Assembly: GCA_002189035.1 (NCBI GenBank)
Contig: CM007992.1
Location: forward strand, 3,472,001 to 3,536,000
Source of the DNA: Utricularia gibba
Lineage: Eukaryota > Plantae > Magnoliophyta
Reading direction: 5' to 3'
DNA length: 64,000 nt
The notes beneath the pieces are model-generated. The model was given only the letters and a program-made list of their open reading frames with translations. It was not told the origin of the DNA and made no database searches. Both the position numbers and the translations under genes were made by a program. Within the stretch, counting starts at the first letter, position 1, and every line of letters starts with the position of its first letter. Positions 1 through 12,283 of the stretch are shown here, piece by piece.

Positions 1-827
1 TTTGATGCATAAACGAATGCATTAAATACAACCTTAAAATATCAACTACTTTATTAAATATGCCAAAAATAACCTTGTCGACATGGTTAACAATCTATAT
101 ATATATATATAAATTAGGGTTCGTTTATCGAAAATAGGCATATATAGTTTTAGGTATGTGAAAAGAACATAATTGAATTAAAAAATATTAAATGGGGAGA
201 ATATTTGACCATTTTCAACGGCAAGTATTTTATACCCTCAAGTGCTGTGTCGCTTCTCCTGCAAGTGTTTCTCTGGGAAAAAGGAACCGAAATTTTTGCC
301 CATTGAGATTCTCGCTTTTCTTTGCGTTGTCATTTCGCCTTGACCTTTTGGAAGAGCGTCTTTGGATCCCCCGTGGCCGTTGATTTTCGGTGATTCTCAA
401 GTTTCTTGCTCTAAATTTGCCGTCGTTTAAGCTACTATTCACTGTCGATTGGTGTTTCTGCTGTTGCCTGTCACTAAGCATCGTTTGCGATCCGAGTCTG
501 TTTCATGGAAGGAAAATTCTTGGTCTGTGTGCGATCTATGCTCTGTGATTATCGTGAATTGCGTGCATTTTTCTCGTACCGTTTGCTTAGTGGATGTGCT
601 GAGATAAATCTGATTAAAGCCACTTCGGATCATAATAATTTGATGAAATGCGTTTTTGTAATCAATTTCTCTAGATCATGTTTGTGATATTCTTTTTTAT
701 TGCATTGTGTCAAGGAAAAATGTTGTAATTCTACTGTGGACGCGCAAAGTTTTTTTAGTCGCTCAGATATTTGGGTCTGCGATCCAGCAGATCCGTACAG
801 TTTGACACTACTCTGGATTCCGGAATC

Positions 828-2774
828 ATGAACTCTCAGCTGCTAGAAATTCTCCCGCGTGAACTCAAGTTCTTATGTGAGGAATTTTCTATTTAGATTA
901 GAAAATGATCACATCTAGATTTTTTAGTTAATTACCATCTTTTGTGGGTTTTCGTAGTTGAGTTGAAGAAACAAAGTTCCTGTGCTGTTCATCTTACCAA
1001 TCTTTCTGATCAGTATGTTGCTTTCAAGGTTGGCATTCTCCAATTTCTAATTTTTTCTAGGCATTTAATGTTTGTGAAGTAAGTTGTTGGTCACTCCATT
1101 CCAGGTGAAGACAACATCACCAAAGAAATATTGTGTTAGACCAAATGTCGGTATTATCAAGCCAAAGGAAACACGTGATTTTACAGGTACCTCTCTTGAG
1201 TTGATGTCTCTTCTTTTTGACTTTTTTCGGGGGCTTGGGATGGTGGGTTGATGTTGATGTCGTGGATATTTGTAAAACTGTGAATGAAGTGAATGTTACT
1301 GAATCTCAAAGCTAGATATATGGTTTTCTTAATATTTACGGATCATGGAAATTGGATTCCATACTTGCAAGTTTCAAGTGTATTTTCTAGATGCCTGTTT
1401 TGCGTTTTTCTAGAAGACTCACTATCTCTCTTAGTACATCTTTTGCACTTAAAAGGGATGCTGTTGGGTCTTTTGGAACTTGGTCTTTTACTATAGTTGT
1501 AAATATGGTATCTTGTTGCCGGCAATGGTATGAAGGAATTTCTGAATTGGATCTTTTCACAGTCACCATGCAAGCACAGAAATCAACTGTGCTGGAGCCC
1601 AACGATAAGTTCCTGATTCAAAGCACAGTGGTACCTTATGGCACAACCGAAGAAGATATCGCATCCAGCATGGTTGAAATTTTGGCAGCGTGCTACTTCT
1701 GTTGACCTTGATTTTCGTTCTTTGAAATACTTGTTCTTTGGTTTCTGACAGTTTTCCAAAGAAAGTCAAAAGTATGTTGAAGAGACTAAGCTGCGTGTGA
1801 TTCTTGCAAGTGAACCCAACTCTCCGACAATGCCGCCACCTGAGATTGTTCTGAACCGAGAGCCTTTTTATGAAAATTTGAAGCCAAATGAACCTGTTTT
1901 ATCGCCTCTTAATGGAGTCAACAAGCAAGAGCCATCATATGAAACAGTGAAGCCAAAGGATAAATTACACAATGGAGTAGAAAAATTCCCTCCAGATGTG
2001 GTAAGAAAAGCTTACATCGAGACATGGATCTTAGTGAACAGATGAGAGATTCATGCTGCTTGCAACTGATGATACTGTTGTCCTTTTTGATGCAGCTGCT
2101 TGTGAAAGTAAATGAACCCAAAAATGATGAGCACGACAAAGATTCCAAGTCGGTGAATGTCAACGATGATTCGAAGTTGCCTCCTGCCAATGGTGAGGAG
2201 CATAACAAGGTGAACCATCAAATATGGCAAATAAGTGATGCAGAAGAAGTCTTGTTAAAAAAAAGTGACGCGGAAGTAGCCAAATCAGAGCTTAAGATTG
2301 AAGCTGAAGAACTGAGATCAACCATTACCACATTGACATCCAAGCTCTTGGAGGTCAGTTATGTCTGAACTTGAAAGTTAGGTCCTTACGCAAATGCATC
2401 GCAAGTTCATTGTGAATCGTTTCAATTCCTTAGTGACATCCTCCTCGCTAATTTCATCCCTCTTGCACAGGCCGAAGACATCCTTTTGAAGATGAAAGAA
2501 GAGAAGAACAACGCTCTTCATCAGAACACAAGACTCAAACAAGAATTGGTGAGTGGAACCTCTTCTGGTTCTCAATGCATCCATCTATCTGGTAGAAGAA
2601 ACGCCCCCTTCAGTTCCCTATTATTCTCTCTCACAGGAAACAATGGCTGCAAGGATCAAACAGAGTACCACGACGAGCAGGACGGTCTCTCGGAATCTTC
2701 AAGTCGGTTTCCCGCCCTTGTTTGTCTGCACCATCGCTCTAGTCTTCTTCTTCGCAGGCGCGTACTTGTTTTAA
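828..2774 (+). CDS. VAP27/VAMP-associated protein (MSP domain, coiled coil, C-terminal TM anchor), 8 exons
   Basis: Manual splicing with GT-AG introns: 828-876, 958-1028, 1105-1187, 1563-1672, 1752-2000, 2096-2353, 2471-2548, 2637-2774. Product MNSQLLEILPRELKF..ELKKQSSCAVHLTNLSDQYVAFKVKTTSPKKYCVRPN carries the MSP signature and ends in a hydrophobic tail (GFPPLFVCTIALVFFFAGAYLF). Confidence 0.93.
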
Positions 2775-3055
2775 TCCTGACGCCCCCAGCTAAAGACTTT
2801 CTATCTGAGAAACAAGGCATGTTTTTTATACATGCCAGACTATTTAAGGTGGCTATGATCATCTCATGTAACAAGTTCAACTGATTTTAGCCATAAATGA
2901 TGAAGAAGCTTTCATATTTACTATGTACAAGATTTCATTACACCAAGTGTTCAAAAACAATAGCATACGCATTTACAAAACTTGTTTAATGTAATGGATA
3001 TGCATGGTGGCTTTAGAAGTAGACCCTGCTCTTGCCGCTAACTTCTGTGCCTTGT

Positions 3056-5946
3056 TCAAGATTGATCTTCTTCTTCAGGAAGATGGGGCAAGCTCTGTTC
3101 GGTTGGTGAACCCGGGACGTATGGAACGAAGCCGCGGCCACCAAAAACAGGGCGCATGACTGCATCATCGAACTTTCTCCAGTAGTAGTGGACAGTTTTA
3201 GAAGGCTTAGTGAGCAGCATCCTTAAACTGTGTGGCCGGATTATGCTGTGAACACCCTCTGAGACGATGCCATGGTCATTGAAAAGCTCTGATACGGAGT
3301 CCTGGCCCTCACCCAGAAGTGGCACTACAAAGGATTTTGGAGTGTGTGGCTCTGTTGAGATCATTCGCGTAAGATGTCTAGATGGAGGGATCAAGAACAT
3401 TATCAGCGGTTTCGTCATCAATCCGAACACCTGCAGTAACAGAGGTATGTCAACAAAATCCATGATTTTTTGGTTTCAAGTATGTCAACTGAGAAAATGC
3501 CTTCCTTCATTGATTAAAAGGGAAGAGCAGGGAAAAGATAACTACAGAACAAGCACAATGTCTCACCACTGTGCTGAAGAGGACGACGGTTATCGTGCTG
3601 GTGATCATCATGGCACTCCCTTGTTGCTGAGTATGTCCTCCCGTAGTGAACTGTACCACCAGAAGACATCAGTTGGTTCTTCTGCGTGTCTAAAGGCAAC
3701 AGCAAGCGACATTTTACCTGGTTGTATGCAAGAGCCATCGAGACGGCACCTCTCATGAGGCCAGCCCACCATATTATGACCTGGAGTTTTCACGGTAAAT
3801 CACTAGACATCCAACTTACACAAACAGTCCATTATACACAGAAACTAGTCTCCTACTTGCTGCCTGAGTGAGACTTTCTCAGACTGCTTCTTCTTTGTCA
3901 AGTTTGACAGGAATGACAATGGGAAGACAAACGCAGCCCTGCCTACCAAAACCAGTCCCAGGAGAGTTGCACTGGTCACAGCCGAGGTGCTCAAGCTTTT
4001 TCTGACGACCCTCCATTTCTCGATATCCAAAGCATCCATGCCAACATACAGAAATATGAAGATCTCGGCAAGAAATGACAATGTGGCAAATGTGTGCCTG
4101 CACCACGTTGACTTGATTACTGATAAGGTATGAGAATTGCAACAGTCGACTAACTTTCAGCCAATCATCTTTCTTACTTGGTTGTAATTCTTGAATTTTC
4201 AGTGACATTATGCCAGGTATAGTGGGACATCACAATCCCACAGAAGAAAACCGTTAAGATGCTGCTCAAATTCAAAAGCTGGCAGGAGGAATCAGATAAA
4301 TACATGTCGGCCCCAAATGTTTTAAGGATCTAAAAGCTGCGTACGTGCTGTCAAGAAGCTTACCTCAGCCAACACATAAGAAAGGTAAGCCATAAGCATC
4401 ATGAAGGCCACCTCAGGATCAGTGGAGTGTCTGCAGCTCATCCAGAAGAAGTTAAATACATGGGAAACAAAAACAGTGAACAGTGAACAGAAAGGGGCAT
4501 GGGAAACAAAAACAGTGCAACTGGAGAACAAGAAACAGCCACCAACCTTCCAAAATAGAGCTTCTTTATAACATAGGCGCTGAGGAGTCCAGCCTACGGT
4601 AAGAGACAACAGTCAAAGAAGAAGCAAACTTGGGCAGGCCATGAAGACAGATAAGAGAGACAAGAACTCACAGCAACCCCCAAAACAGTGCTGGTGGCAA
4701 ACAGGTAGAAAAAATTCCCAACTAGCTTGAAAGCGGTTGCAGTATTGATGTGAGAGAGGTCGAAGTTATGGACTGCATTGAAGAGTACCACAGATGTTGC
4801 ATCATTTACCACACCTTCTCCAAACACTAAACTGTAAAGCAATGGTGTTTCATCTTGACTGAGCACCTACAGAATTAGGAATAAAAGATCTCCATTGCAG
4901 GATTTAGATGCCAAAGTTCAAAGAGATAAACTTACCTGCAGAGTGCAAACTGAATCAGTGGCAGCAAAAATCGTTCCAATGGCTGAGATCAAATGACAGA
5001 AGTTCAGCAAATGATGATGCATTTACTAGTGGGCACCAATGCGCAATGGGGGTGATTTGGAAATCTTGTGTGAAAAAATTAGACATGTTTAGTATTAATT
5101 TCTTGCAATGTATGAGAAAGAAAGGTAATATGACCAGATTTGTAAATGATCCTGTGTAGTGCAGATATAGCATACCAAGATAATCTCCAATGGATAATCC
5201 AAGATCTATTTTCTGGAAGATGGCAATGGATCCTGAACATTTGGATTCAAAAGTTTTAAAGTTTTTTTTTAAAATGAGTACTGGCACAAAACAGCATGAA
5301 AGAGCAGAAAATGATCGATTTCCATACCGAAGGATATCACTATGAAGGATATCAAAGTGCCAACTGCACCATAGAGCATTATAGTTGAGAAATTGCGGAA
5401 AAAATGCTTCTTCTTCACCTGGAACCTGATCAGAAATTGAGTCAAACAAAAGGTGAAATCAATCTGTGTTGTTGGAATGGTAGGAAGCAATGTCCACAGT
5501 CCAAAACCACCAGGACATGCACACATTTCTGAGTAATTTCAAAGATTACCCTGCATTGAAAATGATAGGTGGCAGCAGATAAATGAAGAACAGATCCTCA
5601 CTGAATACCAAGAGGTGGGAGCTTCTCCCACCGCTAATCAACAGAATAACAACTCCTGTTCCTACACCCTTTAGGAAAGCAGAAATGCTCATTAGACAAT
5701 TGAAGAGACACACACATTACAAGATACAGGCCTCTAATGGACGAGAGCATCCAAGCTTACCACAAGGAGAGCTGTTATAGATTCATTTATCCATTGATTT
5801 TCTTCGAGTAGGTGACCGATGACAATACACGCAGAAAGGAGAGTGATAAATAAGGTTATCGACACCACTGAAGAATGGTCAGATGTTGACACATTGTTCA
5901 TCATCTCAAGCATAGATCCTGCGCTGAACACCATGCCACCCATCAT
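3056..5946 (-). CDS. NHX: Vacuolar-class Na+(K+)/H+ antiporter, 13 coding exons
   Basis: Exons translate to DHSSVVSITLF..GHLLEENQWINESITAL, the amiloride-site motif FFIYLLPPIIFNAG, ATDSVCTLQVL, GEGVVNDATSVVLF, WAGLMRGAVSMALA and YWRKFDDAVMRPVFGGRGFVP. The junctions I checked are GT-AG and in frame. Confidence 0.96.
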
Positions 5947-7418
5947 CCTCCCCAGGAAATAAAAATCTCTGCAAAGATAATAATAAAAGAATCTTCACTT
6001 CATTTATCACTCTATGAGCACTAGAAGATAGGGAATTACATAACGCATTATATCCATATCAAACTTTCTATAAATGTTTCATTTCCAGATACCCACATCA
6101 ACTAGCAGTCATCCATCGGATCATGCATTTTCACAGACGAAGCTACAAAAGAAGTAAACAATTAAATTACCAAAACATAAGAAATGTGGCATCACTCAAC
6201 ACTATTCGAGATCACTAAAAATATCCAGCAACTGCATAAACTCCAACTCCCGGAATCTCCACTCCCACCCACCACCACAACCACCAAAAACTTCGCAAAC
6301 AAACAATCAAAGACATCGCTTTCCACCCCACAACACAAATTCAACTTGTATACTTCCCCAGACAGAAAAATGGCATGAGATACCGCAAAGGGATTCAAAA
6401 TCCCGCCCTCCCTTCAACATTATAGTATAGCATACCCTGAGATATCATATGCCCACTCAATCCTCAAGGAACCTGATCACACTCCCCCACAGCACCCTGA
6501 GGAGGAGAAGTGGCGGGCCCTGAACTTGTCGTACCGTTATATAGCACGAGTACGCCCTCCGATTGGCCAGCTAACAAATTGACAAATGGACGGCTGCGAT
6601 ATTCCTTGGTTGTGGGGCCAAATAATCAAACGGTTCCTTTTCAAGCTTTTATTCATTTCTTTTTCTTTCGAGAAATTAATGAAAATATTATTTTCATATT
6701 AATTAATTGCCATTATTCCATAATTGGGAAGTTCCAAGAAAGAGAGTTTTATACCACAACACGATGACTACTACTACACTACGTTTTCAACTTGAATGTA
6801 TAACCCAAAAAATGATAAAAATGACATTAAAATCAAATAATAATAATAATAATACATGCTACAATACATATTATTTTTTATTAAAATAATATAAAAATAC
6901 GATAAATCATTAGATTAATTTGTTAAAAATTCGATTATCAAAAAATTCTATGAAATCGCAAGAATTAATAAATTCATTATAACACATATGATTTTATTTT
7001 TATTTTTTACTTGCAGAAAAATTAAAATATGATGCAAAAAAATTTTAGAACGATTTATAAATAAATGAAATTATGAAATATATTTTTATTCGATTTTTTA
7101 TTATATTTTTAAACAAAAAATAATAAATTAAAAGAAATGCCATATTTTAAAATGGATTCAACTTGTTCTTGAGATTATGATTTTGATTGAATTATTTATT
7201 AATTTTTAATTATATTTATAAATCTAAAAATCTAAAAATCTAAAATTTTTAACTAATTTTTTTATGAAAATTATTGAATTAATTTAACACGTAACCCGCC
7301 GGAAACCGTATGCGGCGTTATCCGGGTTTCGGGGTTCCCCTGTTTTCCCTAAACCGATTCCGGTGGCCTGAGCTGTTTTTGTGAAATACCGCTTCCTCCC
7401 ATGGCGCATCTGTTCCCA

Positions 7419-7424
7419 TATAAA
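7419..7424 (+). promoter_or_regulatory. TATA box (TATAAA) of the small ORF
   Basis: TATAAA about 100 bp upstream of the ATG at 7520. Confidence 0.5.
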
Positions 7425-7519
7425 CGAACCCCACAATCTGAATTGATTCGACGACCATTAAATATCTTCAGTCTCTGCAGTGTGCCCACCCGAAGCCGAA
7501 ATATCAGATTTTTATCTCG

Positions 7520-7720
7520 ATGCTGGAATTGTTCTTCGCCGTCGCGTTTTCCGCAGTCCCGCTGACGCTATACCTTCCTCCGATCAGGTGTTTCAGTCTC
7601 TTCTTGGGGACGGTGGAGATGATGTGGAAGGAGAGCAGTGAGAATAGCCGGAGGATGTACCCTCGCTTGAGGAACGCTTGCACCAGGATCTTCAATTGTA
7701 TGCTCCTGAGCGATGACTGA
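7520..7720 (+). CDS. Small 66-aa protein with hydrophobic N-terminus (uncharacterised plant family)
   Basis: Single-exon ORF with ATG start, GC-richer than its flanks, upstream TATA. The N-terminus MLELFFAVAFSAVPLTLYLPPIR resembles a conserved uncharacterised angiosperm small-protein family that I recall but have not searched. Confidence 0.7.
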   Translation: MLELFFAVAFSAVPLTLYLPPIRCFSLFLGTVEMMWKESSENSRRMYPRLRNACTRIFNCMLLSDD

Positions 7721-8242
7721 GTAGAGGGTCTACTTTGATCTGGGTTTTCTTTCTCTTTTTCTTGTATGAAACCCGTTTCTGGGTTTCGTGTAATCATGAG
7801 TTGATATCTCAAGTGAAGTGATGGATGATTTTAGGCTTTGAGAAAGCTTTGAACTGAATCATGGAAATGGTAGAACAGCAGAATGGTTCCAAGGACAAGA
7901 ACATTCATAAAGCTCACACCAGAGCAAATGAACAAGGCTTCTTGTTCCCATTTGTGTGAAGGTAGAGAGAGAGCTCATGATCTGGCTGGCCTCCATGGTT
8001 TCTGTGCTTTGTAGAAGTTCATGGATTCTCGTTAACAAAAGTTGTACTGTTCTGGAATCATCTAGAAAGAAGGAAGGAAATCTTGATAAACTTTATATAA
8101 ACGAGACAGAGTTTAATGTATATCCATCCTGTTTCCAAACAGAGGATATCTATCACCTCCAAGAATGACATAAACTAAGCTATTTACGTTGCTAGGAGAT
8201 AAGCACAAGCTCCTTGCATTGTGGAACAATCCATCATCTTCT

Positions 8243-10012
8243 TCAACCACTGAATTCCCACCTAGACTCGTGTAACTCCGGCGACTGGGAAAGTCCCCTA
8301 ACGAACCTTGTGAAAACCGGGAAATGCTCCGGCGAAAAGAAATAAGCCCCCATTCTCTGGTACGTGAACGTCTTAACTTCCGCAGACAGCTTCTTCTGCA
8401 TCTGTTCAAAGCGGCCTGAGATTGTGGAGTTCTGGCCTGAAACTTGTGCTCCATGTTGACTGCAGCTAGAGAGGATCTGTGCAAGAAGAGCTTCGGGGTT
8501 CGACCGTGGTTGGCCTTCATCGGACAAATCGAAACCTGGGACGACAACCGTGCATGAGTGCCTGGAGAACATCTCGGCGACAGCACTGTATCCATCTCCG
8601 CGGTCCGTGTTGTAGAAGCCTGCTGTAAGCTCCGAAGGGTGGCTCCGGGACTTGTAAGTAGAATGCATGAGAGGGATTCTTCCGGACAGCGAGACGCCAG
8701 TGTCGTTGAAGGTGGAAGCAGCCACAGACAGCATTCTATCTCCATGTTGAAGGAGCTGGTTCGAGTACCACGAAAGGAAGAATTCACCGTATGGCGTCTC
8801 CCACGATCCGCCATTTTCGGCAAAGAAGCCCCCGTAGAATGGACAGAGGTGATAGGCAGGGGCGTCATGGGGACCTCCGAGTCCCCATAGAGGATTCCCC
8901 GTCTTCTCTGCGTGAAGCTTGAGGTTCTCAAGCATGTAGCCGTCGTAGCACTGGAACTCTCCACCATTCTTGCCCTTCATCGATGGGTATTTCAGCTCAC
9001 CATCAGGGCCAAGACCAATAGACACACCCTGCATACACAAAAGGAAAGAACTGATAAGCATACCAGAAAACCAGTTCGTATGGGAATAGCCATGGATATA
9101 ACTGTATGATGTTTACCGTGACGGTTGAACCGAAGAACGATGAGAATGTAGATTTGAAGCTCCCAAGGAACTCTTCATAAACCTCAATCGGAGTCTTCCC
9201 ATTTAAGACAGGAAGCTCATCTACAGCAAACGATAGAGAATCCTTATACTGATGCCCTGCTCGGTCCTTGAAGTAGATGTTCGAATTGGATGCTCCGATC
9301 TTGTGAACCCATTGAGGAAGCGGGATTTTAGCTTCCTGTGATCCATGGAAACACAGGGAAATCTGAACCTTGAGCCCCAGCTTTTGCAACGTTTCAACAA
9401 TGGCGAGGTATCCGGTCCAATCGTACTTTGACTGAGCTTCGTTTTCGACTACTCCCCACCAGAGGGGGAGCTCCACGCCGTCCACTCCAAGTAGCTTCAA
9501 GGCCTGGAGCCCTACAGAGATTGCTCGTTCATGGTTTATCTTGTTGGAGATGGAAACTGTGTCCAACGGAAGACCCACGAACAGTTTCACAGATTCATTC
9601 TGCAGAATTAACAGGAAGCAGCGACCAGAGTAAGCAAACTGAATTCAATTGTATGTATTCAAATCTAGATGCTACCGGTCAAATCCAGAAGCATTCACAT
9701 ACATAAAAGATGAAGAGGAAAAACAAAAGTTGGGTTTTTTATTCAAGGACTCACCGGAAAGATCTCAGAAATCTTTGACGCTTTCTCAGAAACAAGCGGT
9801 TGAGCTTGAGAAGAAGCAGATGCGGATACTATGAGGGAGAAGCGAGGGGCAGATCTCGGAAAGCACAAACTTGTTTGAGCAAACTGGAAACCAGATCTCT
9901 TCAAATCATGAACAAGGTGCAAATTCGAAAGATTCCTACTAAAGCCACAAAGCCCAGAGTCATCCCTCCTCCCAACACCCACCTGCGAGCTACCATATAC
10001 AATAACCTCCAT
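8243..10012 (-). CDS. BAM9: Beta-amylase 9 (catalytically inactive GH14 pseudoenzyme), 3 exons
   Basis: Exons 10012-9755, 9599-9117, 9028-8243 give MEVIVYGSSQ..(transit peptide)..VKLFVGLPLD..GVELPLWWGVVE..GLGPDGELKYPS. The general-base motif GENAL is replaced by GQNST and the HQCGGNVGD loop is absent (FHGSQEAKIPLP), both hallmarks of the BAM9 clade. Confidence 0.93.
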
Positions 10013-10550
10013 TTCAACAACAACCCAGATGAGAGAATAACACGAAGACACGACGATAATGAATAGAAGATGGGAATACCAAAAGATCGACCTTTATGAC
10101 CTTATCCGTAAAGAAAAGGCCAAAAAGCTCAATCTTTCGGGGAAGTAGACGATATCACAGACAAATTTCGTTTTGTGCAGCGGTTTTCAAAGGGATAGAA
10201 TCACCTAATCCAAGTAACGCGTGTAAAACGGAGTAAATACAGCAACGGCCATGGCCCCCCGTCTTTGACAACGGAGGAAAAAGTGCACGGTCCATCGTTT
10301 TCTAACCATCTAATTGCTGGAAAACGCCATTTCTAACACCTTTTTTCTCCATCATCAACAACCATCCTCCACAACAATGCCTCCACTCTTCATACCAATC
10401 CCATTACAGGGTCGTTTACAGCCACAGCCACACACCCACAGGGAGTTTTTTTTCTCTTTTTTTACCCCTTTCACCCGCCAGGGAGATGCCCATTGAACAA
10501 AACGTCTGGATAGCTGTGTCAGCTCGAAGCGGTGGCTGATCCGAAGCACG

Positions 10551-10559
10551 ACACGTGGC
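10551..10559. promoter_or_regulatory. ABRE/G-box ACACGTGGC in the BAM9 upstream region
   Basis: Exact ACACGTGGC about 540 bp upstream of the BAM9 ATG. Site-II motifs (GGCCCA/TGGGCC) lie nearby at about 10682-10756. Confidence 0.45.
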
Positions 10560-11541
10560 GAAAACCCACCTACAGATGACTTGGTGCTGAGTCAGATCCC
10601 CCGCCCACAGAGTCCAAAACATTTAATATTAATTTCAAATTCGGACCACCAGTCAACACGCCGCACGTTTGTCGCTTTGCAGGCCCAATGTATTTGAAAA
10701 CGACTGCCTTCCGCCCGTGGAGAACAGCTGCTCTATGGGCCGAAACAACGGCCCAATCTCGTGAAAGAAACAAGTGTGTACGATGGATACTTTAGTACAT
10801 GTTTGGTAGAATGTATTAATGGTCAAAAGTTTGAATTATTATTATTTATATAAATCTTTGTTAACATTAAGAGTGTTTGGTAGATTTTCCGAGTGAAGAA
10901 TTTATTAAATTCAAACAAAGAATTAATTTTTTAATTTCTTTATTAAAATATTTTTCAAATCATGACTATTGTCAATTCATATTTATTAAGCATCTTAATT
11001 TATTAAAATCAAAGTATTTAGACACTTTTTTTTATCCTACCAAACATACCCTTAGTGTGATTATGCATATAATTGATATCGAGTGCTACTATGTAGACTA
11101 CTGATCTTGAATGTTATCGTATATATGATTTATGTATATGATTGATATTAAATATTATTATGTATACGATCGATATTGAATGTTACCATGTATCCGATTG
11201 ATACCAAGTGTTACAGTATTATGATTAGTGTTATGGATATGGAGTATTTTCACAAATTAGCCTTATATGTATATAGTATAATTAATTTTTAATATTGACA
11301 AAATATAATTAAAAATGAATAAATCTAATTCAATATGTTATAAAAAATATTAATTCATATTTAAATTGGAGAATTAGTTCAACCAGTTTTTAAAACAATG
11401 TTCTTATATAATCAAAAGCATGTCGTTAAATTTCGGGTTTGAAATAAAAATATTGTAGTACATAATAATAAAAGTAGTTTGATATGTTATTTAAATTTCT
11501 AATTTAGGAAATCAGAAAAAAAAAATAATTATAGCACACAG

Positions 11542-12283
11542 CTAGGCAGAGATCTTCTTGGCGAGAAAGACGAAGTTGAAGAGAAGAATGAGCAGGAGCT
11601 GAATGGAGGCAATCAGGGCGAAGACACTGGAAGCTATAACATGGCGGCAGAACCTGTCGAATCTGTCGCAGAAACTGTACCCCTCCGTGTAGAACAAATC
11701 CTTTATTCCGTAGTCAATTGTGAAGGCCGCTCCGGCGCCGGCGGACAGAATTCCCAGCAGCAGCTGCGGGATGATTCACGGATACAACAACAACAACAAC
11801 AACATCAGAGCCACCAAATCTGTCTGTTAAAACTGGAAAGAAGAAGATGGGCATGTCGCCGGAGATTACCAGGTCGAATGCAGTGAGAAAGCATGTTAAA
11901 CCAAGATGGAAACCCCCTTTAAAGAAGACCAGTGACAGGAGCACGGAGACGATGCAGTAGAAGGCTGTAACGCAGAGTGCAGCCATCACATATCTGCGCA
12001 AAAATGAAACAGTGAACCAGAAATCTCCTTTTCAATCTGCTTCTTGGAACTAATTTCACTGAAGACCAGTTTTTCTTGCTGCAACTTACATCAAGGGGTG
12101 CAAATCCTGGAACTCGATCACCTCATAAGTGAAAAAGGTGATGCGGATCGCCTGCCTTGACTTCCCGAGAACAATAAGGGCCACCAAACACCATAAAAAC
12201 AGTACCAGCCTCTGTCCCACGTTGTACGTTCCGAGAGTACGGCGAGGCGGTGCTCCGGTGGGGCCTCCGGCGTCCATCTCCAT
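11542..12283 (-). CDS. CASP-like (DUF588/MARVEL-type) 4-TM protein, CASPL1D-like, 3 exons
   Basis: Exons 12283-12090, 11993-11870, 11763-11542 give MEMDAGG..RLVLFLWCLVALIVLGKSRQ..IYVMAALCVTAFYCIVSVLL..FDLLLLGILSAGAGAA..SFCDRFDRFCRHVIASSVFALIAS. This matches the CASPL exon layout and the C-x3-x2-FC motif. Confidence 0.82.

Noticed and set aside
5331-5352. Two ATATCCTT motifs (U12 donor consensus) on the NHX coding strand
   Set aside because: Both lie inside exon 3 codons (ISF), and the normal GT-AG structure explains the protein fully.
8200-8290. BAM9 C-terminus looks short (ELHESRWEFSG*), and another frame reads VVEEDD
   Set aside because: BAM9 tails are variable and the alternative frame has no clear family match, so a sixth frameshift cannot be supported without an alignment.
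8113-8967. Long ORFs overlapping real genes (284 aa opposite BAM9, plus 45783-46319, 46349-46852, 43504-43956, 3267-3758, 14541-14903 and others on the antisense strand)
   Set aside because: They are shadows of real exons in other frames or on the opposite strand, with no recognisable motifs and mostly non-ATG starts.
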